A stretch of DNA of 28,155 nt from IMG/VR virus record IMGVR_UViG_3300037467_001683, positions 1 to 28,155 of that record; one strand, written 5' to 3'. The first letter of the stretch is position 1, and every line of letters starts with the position of its first letter. This DNA is from a virus. Its lineage: Duplodnaviria; Caudoviricetes. Under the pieces are notes generated by a model that saw only the letters and a list, made by a program, of their open reading frames with translations, ran no database searches and had not been told where the DNA came from. Below, piece by piece: positions 8,045 to 16,353 of this stretch. The position numbers were made by a program, and so were the translations under genes.

Positions 8045-8353
8045 TTGAACCGCAAGCCCTTCGCCGCCCTCGCGGCTCTCGTCCTCGTCGCCGCGCTCGG
8101 CGCGTGCACGCCGACCGAGACCTACTTCACGGACACGTGCCCGCCCGGGTATCACCTCCGCGGGATGCAGTGCCTCCCGGACCACTCGGGTTTCTGGCAG
8201 GGCCACTACTACCCGGCGACCCCGCTCCGTCCGACGCGCGTCGAGCGCGTGCGCCCCGTCGTCCGGGAGAAGACCGTCGTCAAGCAGAGGACGGGCATCT
8301 TCGGCTCGAAGACCACGACCTACCGCTCGACCGTGCGCTCCTCGCGGCGATGA
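8045..8353 (+). CDS. Putative lipoprotein
   Basis: TTG start; MNRK, hydrophobic core and lipobox LGA-C; basic C-terminus. Confidence 0.72.
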   Translation: MNRKPFAALAALVLVAALGACTPTETYFTDTCPPGYHLRGMQCLPDHSGFWQGHYYPATPLRPTRVERVRPVVREKTVVKQRTGIFGSKTTTYRSTVRSSRR

Positions 8354-8673
8354 GCGGCGGGACCGAGGCCGAGTCGAAGGTCGTCGCCTTCCTCGAAGCC
8401 GAGGGCATCCCGGCCTACCGCCCGCACAACGCGGGCTTCGAGGACGCGGGCGACGTTCACGGCGTCTCGCCGTTCGTGTTGCAGGTCAAGGACTTTCGCG
8501 ACCTCCTCGCGGCGATGCGAGCGGGCGTCGAGGGCGCCCTCCGCCAGAAGCGCAACGCGGGCGAGCCGTTCGGCGCCGCCGTCATCCGCCGCCCCGGAAA
8601 GGGCGTCGGCGAGTGGTACGTCGTCCTCCCGCTCCGCGAGTTCGCCGCCGTCCTCCGGCGCCTCCGCGTGTAA
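8350..8673 (+). CDS. Holliday junction resolvase (PD-(D/E)XK type)
   Basis: GTEAE.KVV.FL, DAGD, LQVKD, AAVIRRPGKG..EWYVVLPL. Confidence 0.8.
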   Translation: MSGGTEAESKVVAFLEAEGIPAYRPHNAGFEDAGDVHGVSPFVLQVKDFRDLLAAMRAGVEGALRQKRNAGEPFGAAVIRRPGKGVGEWYVVLPLREFAAVLRRLRV

Positions 8674-8687
8674 ACGCCGTTTACACG
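8667..8687. promoter_or_regulatory. Double operator-core palindrome
   Basis: CGTGTAAACG-C-CGTTTACACG, a perfect inverted pair over the resolvase stop codon. Confidence 0.7.
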
Positions 8688-8692
8688 GCATC

Positions 8693-8725
8693 GCCCCCGG
8701 GCCTCTTCGGAGCCCCGGGGGCTTT
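8693..8725 (+). terminator. Intrinsic terminator
   Basis: GCCCCCGGGC...GCCCCGGGGGC then TTT. Confidence 0.7.
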
Positions 8726-8739
8726 GTCGTGTCCGGGCG

Positions 8740-8768
8740 TGAGCAGGGCGGGCGGCTCTGGCCCATTC
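8740..8768 (+). promoter_or_regulatory. Class II promoter
   Basis: TGAGCA-N14-GGCCCATTC then CTCCCCCGTCACACC. Confidence 0.8.
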
Positions 8769-8804
8769 CTCCCCCGTCACACCCCGACCGAAAGGACTTC
8801 CCGC

Positions 8805-11267
8805 ATGGACCTCTCCGCCTTCCTCGCCCGCCTCGACGGCGTGGAGGAGACGCCCGACGGATGGCTCGCCATCTGCCCCGCCCACTCCGACTCTGACCCC
8901 TCCCTCCGCGTCGCCGTGGGCAAGGACGGCGACCGCGTGCTCGTCCGATGCCGGACGGGATGCGAGACGAAGGATGTCCTCGGGAAGATGGGCCTCTCCA
9001 TCCGCGACCTCGCCTCGATGACCATCGACGGCAAGGTGCCCACCTCCCGGCGCGCGACGACGACGGACGCGCCCCCGGAGGCCGCGGTCATCGCGGGCCT
9101 CGTGGCTGACCTCGACCGCTGGGCCGATGCGCTCGCCGAGGAAGATGCCTCCTACTCGACCGTCCTCGACTACGCGGAGCGGCGCTTCGGCATCTCCGCC
9201 GAGGAGGCGATGCGTCTGCGCCTGGGCCTCTCTGAGACCGACACGCCCCGCCTCGTCGTCCCGTTCTACGACGTGGAGGGTCTCCCGCGCGGCTATCAGG
9301 CCCGGGCCATCGACCCCGCCGTGGACCTGCGATGGAAGGGCCCGAAGCGCCCGGAGGGCGGCGGCTCGTGGCTGAAGTACGGCACGCTCCACGGCTCCTC
9401 GGGCTGGGGCGAGGTGCTCGTGACCGAGGGCCCCGGCGACGGGCTGACCGGCGTCGCCCTCGGGTATGACGTGTTCTTCATCGCGGGCTCGGGCAACGCC
9501 TCGAACCCGGGCATCCTCGACGCTCTCGCGACGTACGCCGCGGGCCGCAAGGTCATCGCGTGCGGCGACGGCGACCGGGCGGGCCAGCAATTCTCGACCG
9601 CCATCGCGCAGGGCATGACGGAGCGCGGCGTCACGGTCGCGAAACTCGCCGTCCCGGACGACTCCGACCTCTCGAAGTGGCGGGAGAGCGACAAGACGGG
9701 CCGCTCCATCGTCCGCGCCATCATGGAGGCGCCGGAGGAGTCCTCCTACTCGGCGGCGCTCTCCGGGCGTGACCAGTCGCTCTATCCGCTGACCGACCTC
9801 GGGAACGCGCGCTTCCTCCGGGACTACGCGCGCTCGCAGGGCTCGGACCTGCGCTTCGCCCCCGAGAGCGGTTTCTTCGTGCTCGACGGCGGCGTGTGGC
9901 GCCCGGACGACCTCGACGCCTCGCGCGCCTACGCGCAGGAGGCGGCGGAGATGGTCGCCCGCATCGCGCGCACGATGGCGGCGGAGGCCGTCACGAAGGA
10001 ACAGGAGGCGGCGGCGAAGGCGTGGCGTGCCTGGGCGAACTACTCGCAGAGCAGCCGCGGCATCGACGCGGCGATTCGCGAGGTCAAGGCCCTTCGCGAC
10101 GTGGCGACCCCGCTCGACAAGTTCGACCAGCGCCACGACCTCCTCGCGGCGGCGAACGGCGTCATCGACCTTCGGACCGGCGACCTCCTCCCGCATGACC
10201 CGGCGTACCTCCTGACCCGGCGCATTGACCTCCCGTATCGGAAGGACGCGAAGGCGCCGCGCTGGGAGAAGTTCCTCGGCGAGGTCTTCGCGGCGTACCC
10301 GGCGCTCCCGGCGTACATGCGGCGCCTCGTCGGCTACGGCATCACGGGCCGCACCGATGAGCAGTGCTTCGTGGTGCACGTCGGGAAGGGCGCGAACGGC
10401 AAGAGCGTCCTCACGGACACGCTCACGGAGGTCTTCCGCGAGGCGACCGTGACGACGCCGTTCTCGACCTTCGAGGCGAAGCCCTCGGGCGGCATCCCGA
10501 ACGACATCGCGGCGCTGAAGGGCGCCCGTCTCGTCATGGCCTCCGAGGGCGAGGCGAACAAGCCGATGGCGGAAGCGATGCTGAAGCGCGTCACGGGCCG
10601 CGACCTCATCGCCGCGCGCTTCATGCGGAAGGAGTTCTTCGAGTTCCGCCCGACGTTCCTCATCATGCTTGCGAGCAACTACAAGCCGCAGTTCCGCGGG
10701 CAGGACGAGGGCCTCTGGCGCCGAGTGAAACTCATCCCGTGGGAGCGCTACTTCGCCCCGCACGAGCGCGACCCGCGTCTCGGCACGGCGCTCCTCGCCG
10801 AGGCCGAGGGCATTCTCGCGTGGGCGGTGCGCGGCGCCGTCGAGTGGTACGAGGGCGGGCTCCGAGACCCGGAGGTCGTGAAGAACGCCGTCGGCGCCTA
10901 CCGGGAGACCTCGGATGCTCTCTACGGCTTCCTCCCGGGCGAGTGGCTCCACGACGAGGAGGCCCGCGCCGTCCCGGCGACCGACCTCTATCTCTCATAC
11001 CGCGAGTGGTGCCAGCACGAGGGCATCCGTGACGCGGACGCCTGGACGAAGCGCACGTTCAACGCCGCGCTGGAGGAGCGCGGGCTCACGAAGCGCCGCG
11101 CCGCCTCCGGCATGGTCTTCGACGGCGTGCGCCGTGCGACGGCGAAGGACGCCGCCGAGCAGGCCGACGCGGAGCCCGGGGCGGAGCGAGCAGAGGCGGC
11201 ACCTCTGGCCCATTCCTCCTCTGCAACCTCTTCCATCTCCGGCGCCTCCCTCGACGCCATCCTCTGA
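8805..11267 (+). CDS. DNA primase-helicase (Zn finger, TOPRIM, D5/SF3 helicase)
   Basis: RBS GAAAGGA then ATG 8805; CPAH..D..PSL...CRTGC, VTEGPGD, DGDRAG, TDLGNA, Walker A GKGANGKS, LKRVTGRD..ARFMRKEFF. Confidence 0.93.
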   Translation: MDLSAFLARLDGVEETPDGWLAICPAHSDSDPSLRVAVGKDGDRVLVRCRTGCETKDVLGKMGLSIRDLASMTIDGKVPTSRRATTTDAPPEAAVIAGLVADLDRWADALAEEDASYSTVLDYAERRFGISAEEAMRLRLGLSETDTPRLVVPFYDVEGLPRGYQARAIDPAVDLRWKGPKRPEGGGSWLKYGTLHGSSGWGEVLVTEGPGDGLTGVALGYDVFFIAGSGNASNPGILDALATYAAGRKVIACGDGDRAGQQFSTAIAQGMTERGVTVAKLAVPDDSDLSKWRESDKTGRSIVRAIMEAPEESSYSAALSGRDQSLYPLTDLGNARFLRDYARSQGSDLRFAPESGFFVLDGGVWRPDDLDASRAYAQEAAEMVARIARTMAAEAVTKEQEAAAKAWRAWANYSQSSRGIDAAIREVKALRDVATPLDKFDQRHDLLAAANGVIDLRTGDLLPHDPAYLLTRRIDLPYRKDAKAPRWEKFLGEVFAAYPALPAYMRRLVGYGITGRTDEQCFVVHVGKGANGKSVLTDTLTEVFREATVTTPFSTFEAKPSGGIPNDIAALKGARLVMASEGEANKPMAEAMLKRVTGRDLIAARFMRKEFFEFRPTFLIMLASNYKPQFRGQDEGLWRRVKLIPWERYFAPHERDPRLGTALLAEAEGILAWAVRGAVEWYEGGLRDPEVVKNAVGAYRETSDALYGFLPGEWLHDEEARAVPATDLYLSYREWCQHEGIRDADAWTKRTFNAALEERGLTKRRAASGMVFDGVRRATAKDAAEQADAEPGAERAEAAPLAHSSSATSSISGASLDAIL
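11187..11215 (+). promoter_or_regulatory. Class II promoter embedded in the primase 3' end
   Basis: CGAGCA-N14-GGCCCATTC then CTCCTCTG. Confidence 0.7.
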
Positions 11268-11278
11268 AAGGGCTCCTC

Positions 11279-11497
11279 ATGAGCAAGCGCACGACCATCC
11301 TCGACGCCTACGGAGACAAGGCCGTCGTGGCCCACACCCCGCACATCCTCGGGACGGGCCGCGTCTACCTCGACGTGACGGAGAGCGTCGGCACGAGTCA
11401 CGAGAGCCGCGCCGACCTCTCGCTGACGCCGAAGCGCGCGAAGCGCCTCGCGAAGGCCCTGCGCAAGGCGGCTAAGGCCGCGGCGAAGGGCGCGTGA
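11279..11497 (+). CDS. Hypothetical basic protein
   Basis: 72 aa; GAAAGGG RBS; LTPKRAKRLAKALRKAA. Confidence 0.78.
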   Translation: MSKRTTILDAYGDKAVVAHTPHILGTGRVYLDVTESVGTSHESRADLSLTPKRAKRLAKALRKAAKAAAKGA

Positions 11498-11613
11498 TGT
11501 TCGCCGACATCGAGACCGTCCCGGAACTCCTCCCTCGCGAGACCGTGTGCGGCTCCTGCCACCTCGCCCATAACCAGCACATCGCCTGCCCGACGTGCGC
11601 GAGCGGCGTGTAA
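11497..11613 (+). CDS. Zinc-finger microprotein
   Basis: TGATG overlap; MFADIETVPELLPRETVCGSCHLAHNQHIACPTCASGV (38 aa, two CxxC). Confidence 0.7.
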   Translation: MFADIETVPELLPRETVCGSCHLAHNQHIACPTCASGV

Positions 11614-11625
11614 ACACCCCACCCC

Positions 11626-11664
11626 ACGAAGCCCCCGGACGCCCTGCGCGCTCGGGGGCTTCGT
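11626..11664. terminator. Terminator-like hairpin upstream of the DNA polymerase
   Basis: ACGAAGCCCCCG...CGGGGGCTTCGT. Confidence 0.6.
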
Positions 11665-11700
11665 CGCACCCCATCCCGGACCGATAACGGAGGCCACCCC

Positions 11701-13617
11701 ATGATCGAGCAGACCTACACCCTCGGCGGCGACGAGTGCCGCATCTTCACCCCGGAGCGACCGAGCGACCTCCGCGCCTTCGAGGAGTTCCTCGCGCGCG
11801 ATGACAAGGTGCTCGGCTTCGACACCGAGACGACCGACCTCGACATCTACAAGGCCGACCACCGCCTCCGCATGGTGCAATTCGGCAACCGCGACGAGGC
11901 GTGGAACCTCCGCGCCGACCTCTTCGGCGGCATCGCCCGCGAGGCTCTCCTCCAGCCCCGCCACTACTCGGCGCACAACGCGCCCTTCGACTGGCTCGTG
12001 GTGGACAAGCACCTCGGCGTGAAGGTCGAGGAGTTCGCCCCGCGATGCTTCGACACGCGCATCATGGCCCACCTCCTCGACCCGCGGAGCGAGCACGAGG
12101 GCGGCACGGGCCTCTCGCTGAAGCCGCTCTCCGCGGTCTACGTGGACGAGTCCGCCCCGGACACCTCCGAGGGCCTGAAGGACGTGTTCCTGGGCCTCTG
12201 GCGCGCGTGGCAGAAGACCGTGGGCGCCGACGAGGTGGACGCATTCAAGCGCCGTCACCCGACGCGCCCGCACATCCCGTTCGGCTTCGCGAACGTGGAC
12301 ATCTATCACCCGCTCTACACGCTCTACTCGGGCCTCGACCCGCTCCTCGCGCGGCGCCTCTTCGACTCGCTCGCGCCGCTCGTGAAGGGCGCGGGCGTCT
12401 CGCACCTCTCGACGTTCGAGCATCACCTCGCCGCGCTCCTGGCGATCATGCAGCGCCGCGGGATTCGCGTCGATGAGGACTACACCCGCCGCCTCCGCGA
12501 CCGCCTCCACGCCGAGGCCGAGCACTTCCGCGGCGTCGCTCGGCGCTTCGGCGTCGAGAACGTCAACTCGACCGGGCAGGTTTCGGCCTCTCTCGTCGCG
12601 ATGGGCGAGACGCTCACGGAGCGCACGAAAACGGGGCTGAAGGTCGACAAGGAAGTCCTCATGCCGCTTGCGGACCTCGACCGCGATTGGAACCGCATCG
12701 AGGCCCGTCCGGCGAACCTCCTCGCCGACGCCGTGCTCCGCTCCAAGCGCGCCGAGAAGTGGGCGACCTCGTACGCCGACGCCTTCCTCGACCTCATGGA
12801 CCCGGACGGGCGGCTCCACCCCTTCATCGGCGGACTACAGGCTCGGACGGCGCGCATGTCCATCTCGCGCCCGCCGCTCCAGCAACTCCCCTCGTCGGAC
12901 TGGACCATCCGCCGCGCGCTCACGGCGGACCCGGGCTCGCTCATCATCTCCTCGGACTACGACCAGATCGAGATGCGCGTCCTCGCCGCGCTCGCGCCCG
13001 AGCCCGCCATGATTCGCGCCATCAAGAACGGGCTCGACCTCCACGACTTCACGGCGTCGATGCTCTACGGCGAGAACTTCACGAAGCGCCAGCGCAAGAT
13101 GGGAAAGGGCGTCGGCTTCGGCAAGGTCTACGGCGGCGGCGCGACGACGCTCTCGCGCCAGACCGGCGCCCCGCTCCCCGAAGTCAAGGAAGCCATCGCG
13201 GCCTATGACCGTTCCTTCCCGGGCATCAAGCGCTACGGGCGGCGGCTCCAGACGCGGGCGCAATTCGGGGCGCGCGAGGTCGTGACCGAGACCGGGCGGC
13301 ACCTCCCGCTCGACCGTGATCGGCTCTACGCGGCGACGAACTACGCCGTCCAGTCGCTCTCGCGCGACATCCTCGCGCAGGCCATCGTGTCCCTCTTCGA
13401 CAAGGGCCTCGGCGACCACCTCCTCCTCCCTGTCCACGACGAACTCGTGGCGCAGGCGCCCGCCGCCGACGCGGAGGAGGTCGCCCGCCTCATCGGCGAG
13501 ACGATGACGCGCGACTTCAAGGGCGTGCCCATCTCCTCGACGGGCGAGGTCGCAGGCCCATCCTGGGGCTCGGCGTACGGATGCCCGCCCGAGGAGGACG
13601 TGCCGCTCGCGGCGTGA
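11701..13617 (+). CDS. polA: Family A DNA polymerase with 3'-5' exonuclease
   Basis: ExoI FDTETT, ExoII HNAPFD, ARTARMS, motif A SDYDQIEMR, motif B RKMGKGVGFGKVYG, NYAVQS, motif C VHDEL. Confidence 0.95.
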   Translation: MIEQTYTLGGDECRIFTPERPSDLRAFEEFLARDDKVLGFDTETTDLDIYKADHRLRMVQFGNRDEAWNLRADLFGGIAREALLQPRHYSAHNAPFDWLVVDKHLGVKVEEFAPRCFDTRIMAHLLDPRSEHEGGTGLSLKPLSAVYVDESAPDTSEGLKDVFLGLWRAWQKTVGADEVDAFKRRHPTRPHIPFGFANVDIYHPLYTLYSGLDPLLARRLFDSLAPLVKGAGVSHLSTFEHHLAALLAIMQRRGIRVDEDYTRRLRDRLHAEAEHFRGVARRFGVENVNSTGQVSASLVAMGETLTERTKTGLKVDKEVLMPLADLDRDWNRIEARPANLLADAVLRSKRAEKWATSYADAFLDLMDPDGRLHPFIGGLQARTARMSISRPPLQQLPSSDWTIRRALTADPGSLIISSDYDQIEMRVLAALAPEPAMIRAIKNGLDLHDFTASMLYGENFTKRQRKMGKGVGFGKVYGGGATTLSRQTGAPLPEVKEAIAAYDRSFPGIKRYGRRLQTRAQFGAREVVTETGRHLPLDRDRLYAATNYAVQSLSRDILAQAIVSLFDKGLGDHLLLPVHDELVAQAPAADAEEVARLIGETMTRDFKGVPISSTGEVAGPSWGSAYGCPPEEDVPLAA

Positions 13618-13620
13618 GCA

Positions 13621-13668
13621 GAAGGGCCCCCGTTCACAGACCTACAGGTCGAGAGCGGGGGCCCTTTC
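13621..13668 (+). terminator. Intrinsic terminator
   Basis: GAAGGGCCCCCGTTC...GAGCGGGGGCCCTTTC. Confidence 0.7.
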
Positions 13669-13700
13669 GCATACCCGCCAAAAACTCGAGCGCACACCCG

Positions 13701-13729
13701 TGAGCAGCCCCGCCATCTCTGGCCCATTC
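13701..13729 (+). promoter_or_regulatory. Class II promoter
   Basis: TGAGCA-N14-GGCCCATTC then CTCCCCTGTCACCC. Confidence 0.8.
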
Positions 13730-13771
13730 CTCCCCTGTCACCCCCAACCGCCCGACCGAGAGGACGCCCGC

Positions 13772-14107
13772 ATGACCGCCATGCCCACCTCGACCGAAGA
13801 CCTCGACGCCCTCGAAGCCGAGAGCCTCCTCGCGCGCTTCACCTCCGAGGTCCACGCACTCGGCGACCTCCTGGCCCGCGCACGCGAGGTCCAGTGGACC
13901 GCCCCGCCCCGCACGACCATCCCCGCGGAGCGAAAGGGCGTGGGCCACAAGCCGAGCGCCCCGACCGAGGACATCGCGCTCGACGGTCAGCGCCTCGCGC
14001 TCCGTGTAAACGTCCTCGCCGCCGAACGCGCCCTCCGCACCGCGACCCTCCACGCCCTCGCCATCTCCCGGCACCTCGAAGCCGCCCTCCGCCCGTACGA
14101 GGAGTGA
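13772..14107 (+). CDS. Helical hypothetical protein
   Basis: AGAGGA RBS; 111 aa with QWTAPP and PTEDIALD..RLALR. Confidence 0.78.
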   Translation: MTAMPTSTEDLDALEAESLLARFTSEVHALGDLLARAREVQWTAPPRTTIPAERKGVGHKPSAPTEDIALDGQRLALRVNVLAAERALRTATLHALAISRHLEAALRPYEE

Positions 14108-14168
14108 CCGATCTACCAAGGGCGTCTTAGACACGTAAGGGGCGCCACCCACCTACACGACCGACCGA

Positions 14169-14224
14169 GTGAGTAACTAGGTACTCACACTCAATTTGCA
14201 CTCCCACTCCCACTCCTCTACCGT
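14169..14224 (+). promoter_or_regulatory. 20-bp palindrome plus host-type promoter of the sigma-factor gene
   Basis: GTGAGTAACTAGGTACTCAC (14169-14188, one mismatched pair), then TTGCAC-N17-TACCGT (14196-14224). Confidence 0.65.
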
Positions 14225-14419
14225 TGACCTCGGCAGGACAAACCCCTCCGATTCCGGCGCTCGTGAGCGCGGTCCGTAGAGGGCCCTAGTCCCGCACACC
14301 CTCGGGCAGGGCGAGCCCACGCGCCACCACGGCGCCATCTCGCCCTGCCTTCCCTCGCGGCTCCAGACATCCGGGGCGATGCCGCGCGCCCACCTTTGAG
14401 AGAGGAACGTAAAACCGTC

Positions 14420-15229
14420 ATGGCTCACCTCATGAACATCCTTGGCTCGTCCACGCCCGAGCCGCTTGCCCCCGCTGACGAAGCCGCCCTCATCGAGCGC
14501 GCGCAGACCGGCGACGAGGACGCGCAATTCGCCCTCCTCCGCCAGTACGCCCCCGCCGTGCGTCGCGCCCTCCGCGGCTTCGCCGACACGATGGACGCCG
14601 AGGACGCCGAGCAGGAGGTCTTCGTCGCGTTCCTGGACCTCATCGCCACGCACGACCCGGCGAAGAACCCGACCCTCGCGGGCCGCGTCGTCCAGAAGTT
14701 CCGGGAGACGCTCTCGGAGTCCGCCCCCTCCGGCGCCTCGGGCTTCACGGTCCCGGCGCGGACGATGAAGCGTTACCTCGCCATCCTGAAGAAGGCGGAC
14801 GACGACCTCGCCGAGGCCCGCCGCATTGCCCCCGAGCACGACATGAGGGTCTCGACCTTCGACGCCGTGACCGCCGCGACGCGGACCGACTCCCTCTCGG
14901 CGCCCGAGGACGGCGAGACCGACTACCGCGAGGCTCCGGCCTACGCCGTGGACGGCGACGACGCGCCGGACCCGTTCGAGGATGTCCTCGACGCCGAACT
15001 CGTCGCTCTCGCGTTCGCCGCAGTGAGCCACGAGGAGAGCACGGTCGTCCGACAGGCGTACGGCTTCGAGCCCGCCGTCGTGGACGGTCACGAGATGCGC
15101 CCGGAGGGCCACGCGCCGCTCTCGGACGCCCTCGTGGCGGCGTCCACGGGCCTGTCCCGCCCGAAGGTCCAGCGCACCCGCACGGGCGCCCTCGTGAAGA
15201 TGCGCGACGCGCTGGAGGTGGCCGCGTGA
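14420..15229 (+). CDS. Phage-encoded sigma70-family factor
   Basis: EAALIERAQTGDEDAQFALLRQY (region 1.2/2.1), AEDAEQEVFVAFLDLIATHDP (2.2/2.3), C-terminal HTH SDALVAASTGLSRPKVQRTRTGALVKMR (region 4). Confidence 0.82.
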   Translation: MAHLMNILGSSTPEPLAPADEAALIERAQTGDEDAQFALLRQYAPAVRRALRGFADTMDAEDAEQEVFVAFLDLIATHDPAKNPTLAGRVVQKFRETLSESAPSGASGFTVPARTMKRYLAILKKADDDLAEARRIAPEHDMRVSTFDAVTAATRTDSLSAPEDGETDYREAPAYAVDGDDAPDPFEDVLDAELVALAFAAVSHEESTVVRQAYGFEPAVVDGHEMRPEGHAPLSDALVAASTGLSRPKVQRTRTGALVKMRDALEVAA

Positions 15230-15426
15230 GCGCCCCGGCCCGCCCCGTCGGCCCCGCCTGGGGCTTCACCATCACGGAGCGTCGGCTCCGGCGCTCGATG
15301 AAGGCGCTCCGGCACGTGGACTGGACCGCCTACCTCGCCTGCAAGGTCTTCGGCGAGGGCGGCACGCCTGACCCCGCGGCACTCGCCCGCGGGCTGAACT
15401 TCCTTCGAGAGGACATGCGGCCATGA
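15226..15426 (+). CDS. Hypothetical protein
   Basis: GTGA overlap with GGAGG RBS; 66 aa. Confidence 0.65.
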   Translation: MSAPARPVGPAWGFTITERRLRRSMKALRHVDWTAYLACKVFGEGGTPDPAALARGLNFLREDMRP

Positions 15427-15554
15427 TCGCCGTCTATCACCCCTGCCGATTCCTTCCCGTGGCGCGGCTCCAGATGGGCTCCGTCGTCGTCTGCCACCGA
15501 TGGGGCCTCACCCGGCGCCACGCGGTCGCCCGAGCATGGGGCGCTCTCCGATGA
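15423..15554 (+). CDS. Small hypothetical protein
   Basis: ATGA overlaps at both ends, AGAGGA RBS; MIAVYHPCRFLPVARLQMGSVVVCHRWGLTRRHAVARAWGALR (43 aa). Confidence 0.6.
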   Translation: MIAVYHPCRFLPVARLQMGSVVVCHRWGLTRRHAVARAWGALR

Positions 15555-15745
15555 CCCCCGTCGAGGCCATCATCGACGCCCTCCGCTCGACCGCCGACCG
15601 GCACGAGGCGAACGCCCGCGCCGCCGCCCCGCTCATCGGTACGAGCGACGGCTACCGCGTCGAGGCCATCGCAGACCGGCGCATCGCCGACGCCCTCCGG
15701 GACGTGGCGCAGGAGTTCGCCCTCGCGCTGGGAGTCCAGTCGTGA
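15551..15745 (+). CDS. Hypothetical protein
   Basis: 64 aa MTPVEAIIDALR...; overlap-coupled at both ends. Confidence 0.7.
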   Translation: MTPVEAIIDALRSTADRHEANARAAAPLIGTSDGYRVEAIADRRIADALRDVAQEFALALGVQS

Positions 15746-15945
15746 GCCGCATCCTCCCCGCCGCCTGTATCCGCAAGGGCGACGAGGTGCGCCTCACGGA
15801 CGAGGGCGCGGAGCCTCGCGTCGTGCGCGTGCGCTCGGTCTCGTTCGCCACGCCTCGCCCTGGCCTCATCACGTGGGAGACGGACGGCGAGCCCGAGGTG
15901 CTCGGCGGCTCCCGGCGCGTCGAGGTGGCTCTCCTCGGAGCGTGA
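15742..15945 (+). CDS. Small beta-rich (SH3-like) hypothetical protein
   Basis: PAACIRKGDEVRL...VVRVRSV; GTGA overlap. Confidence 0.65.
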   Translation: MSRILPAACIRKGDEVRLTDEGAEPRVVRVRSVSFATPRPGLITWETDGEPEVLGGSRRVEVALLGA

Positions 15946-15963
15946 CCGGGTAGGCTCCCGGCC

Positions 15964-16197
15964 ATGTTCAAGACGAAGACGGAGGAGGCGCCCGCGGCGC
16001 CGTGGACGGGGCCACGCTGGGAGCACCGCGTCGAGGAGTTCCGCTCGGGCCCGACGATGGGCGCGGGAGTCGCGCGGAGGCTCGGCGAACTCGGCGCGCA
16101 GGGCTGGGAGGTCGTCGCCATCCTCGAAGACGGCGTGACCGCCGCGAAGGTCGGCGACCGCCAGTGGTCCGCCGTCCTGAAGCGCCCCGTCCTGTAG
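15964..16197 (+). CDS. DUF4177-like small protein
   Basis: RWEHRV...LGELGAQGWEVVAI...VLKRP pattern. Confidence 0.65.
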   Translation: MFKTKTEEAPAAPWTGPRWEHRVEEFRSGPTMGAGVARRLGELGAQGWEVVAILEDGVTAAKVGDRQWSAVLKRPVL

Positions 16198-16224
16198 TCA
16201 AGGTTCCGCCGCATCCGTTCCTAT

Positions 16225-16264
16225 GGCCCCGTCGCCCCTCATCCCGAGGAGCGGCGGGGCCTTC
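16225..16264 (+). terminator. Intrinsic terminator
   Basis: GGCCCCGTCGC-C-CCTC...GAGG-A-GCGGCGGGGCC then TTC. Confidence 0.65.
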
Positions 16265-16276
16265 GCGTGTCGCGAC

Positions 16277-16306
16277 TTGCGCTCCGTGCCACGGTGCGTT
16301 TACACT
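16277..16306 (+). promoter_or_regulatory. Class I promoter plus operator motif
   Basis: TTGCGC-N18-TACACT containing CGTGCCACGGTGCGTTTACAC. Confidence 0.82.
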
Positions 16307-16353
16307 CGTCCTACCGCGCCGGACCACGGCGCCGAGGCCAGAGGAGGCCCCCG

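Noticed and set aside
2631-13617. Inteins or introns in RNR, primase-helicase or polymerase
   Set aside because: Lengths are ordinary, catalytic motifs are contiguous, and no intein splice-junction motifs were seen
14264-14290. TGAGCG...GGCCCTAG as an autoregulatory class II promoter for the sigma gene
   Set aside because: Spacer is 12 nt instead of 13-14 and both boxes mismatch the consensus
16336-16349. Looped AGAGGA as a CsrA/RsmA site
   Set aside because: The register does not fit the ANGGAN loop consensus, and no CsrA-like gene is seen in the window
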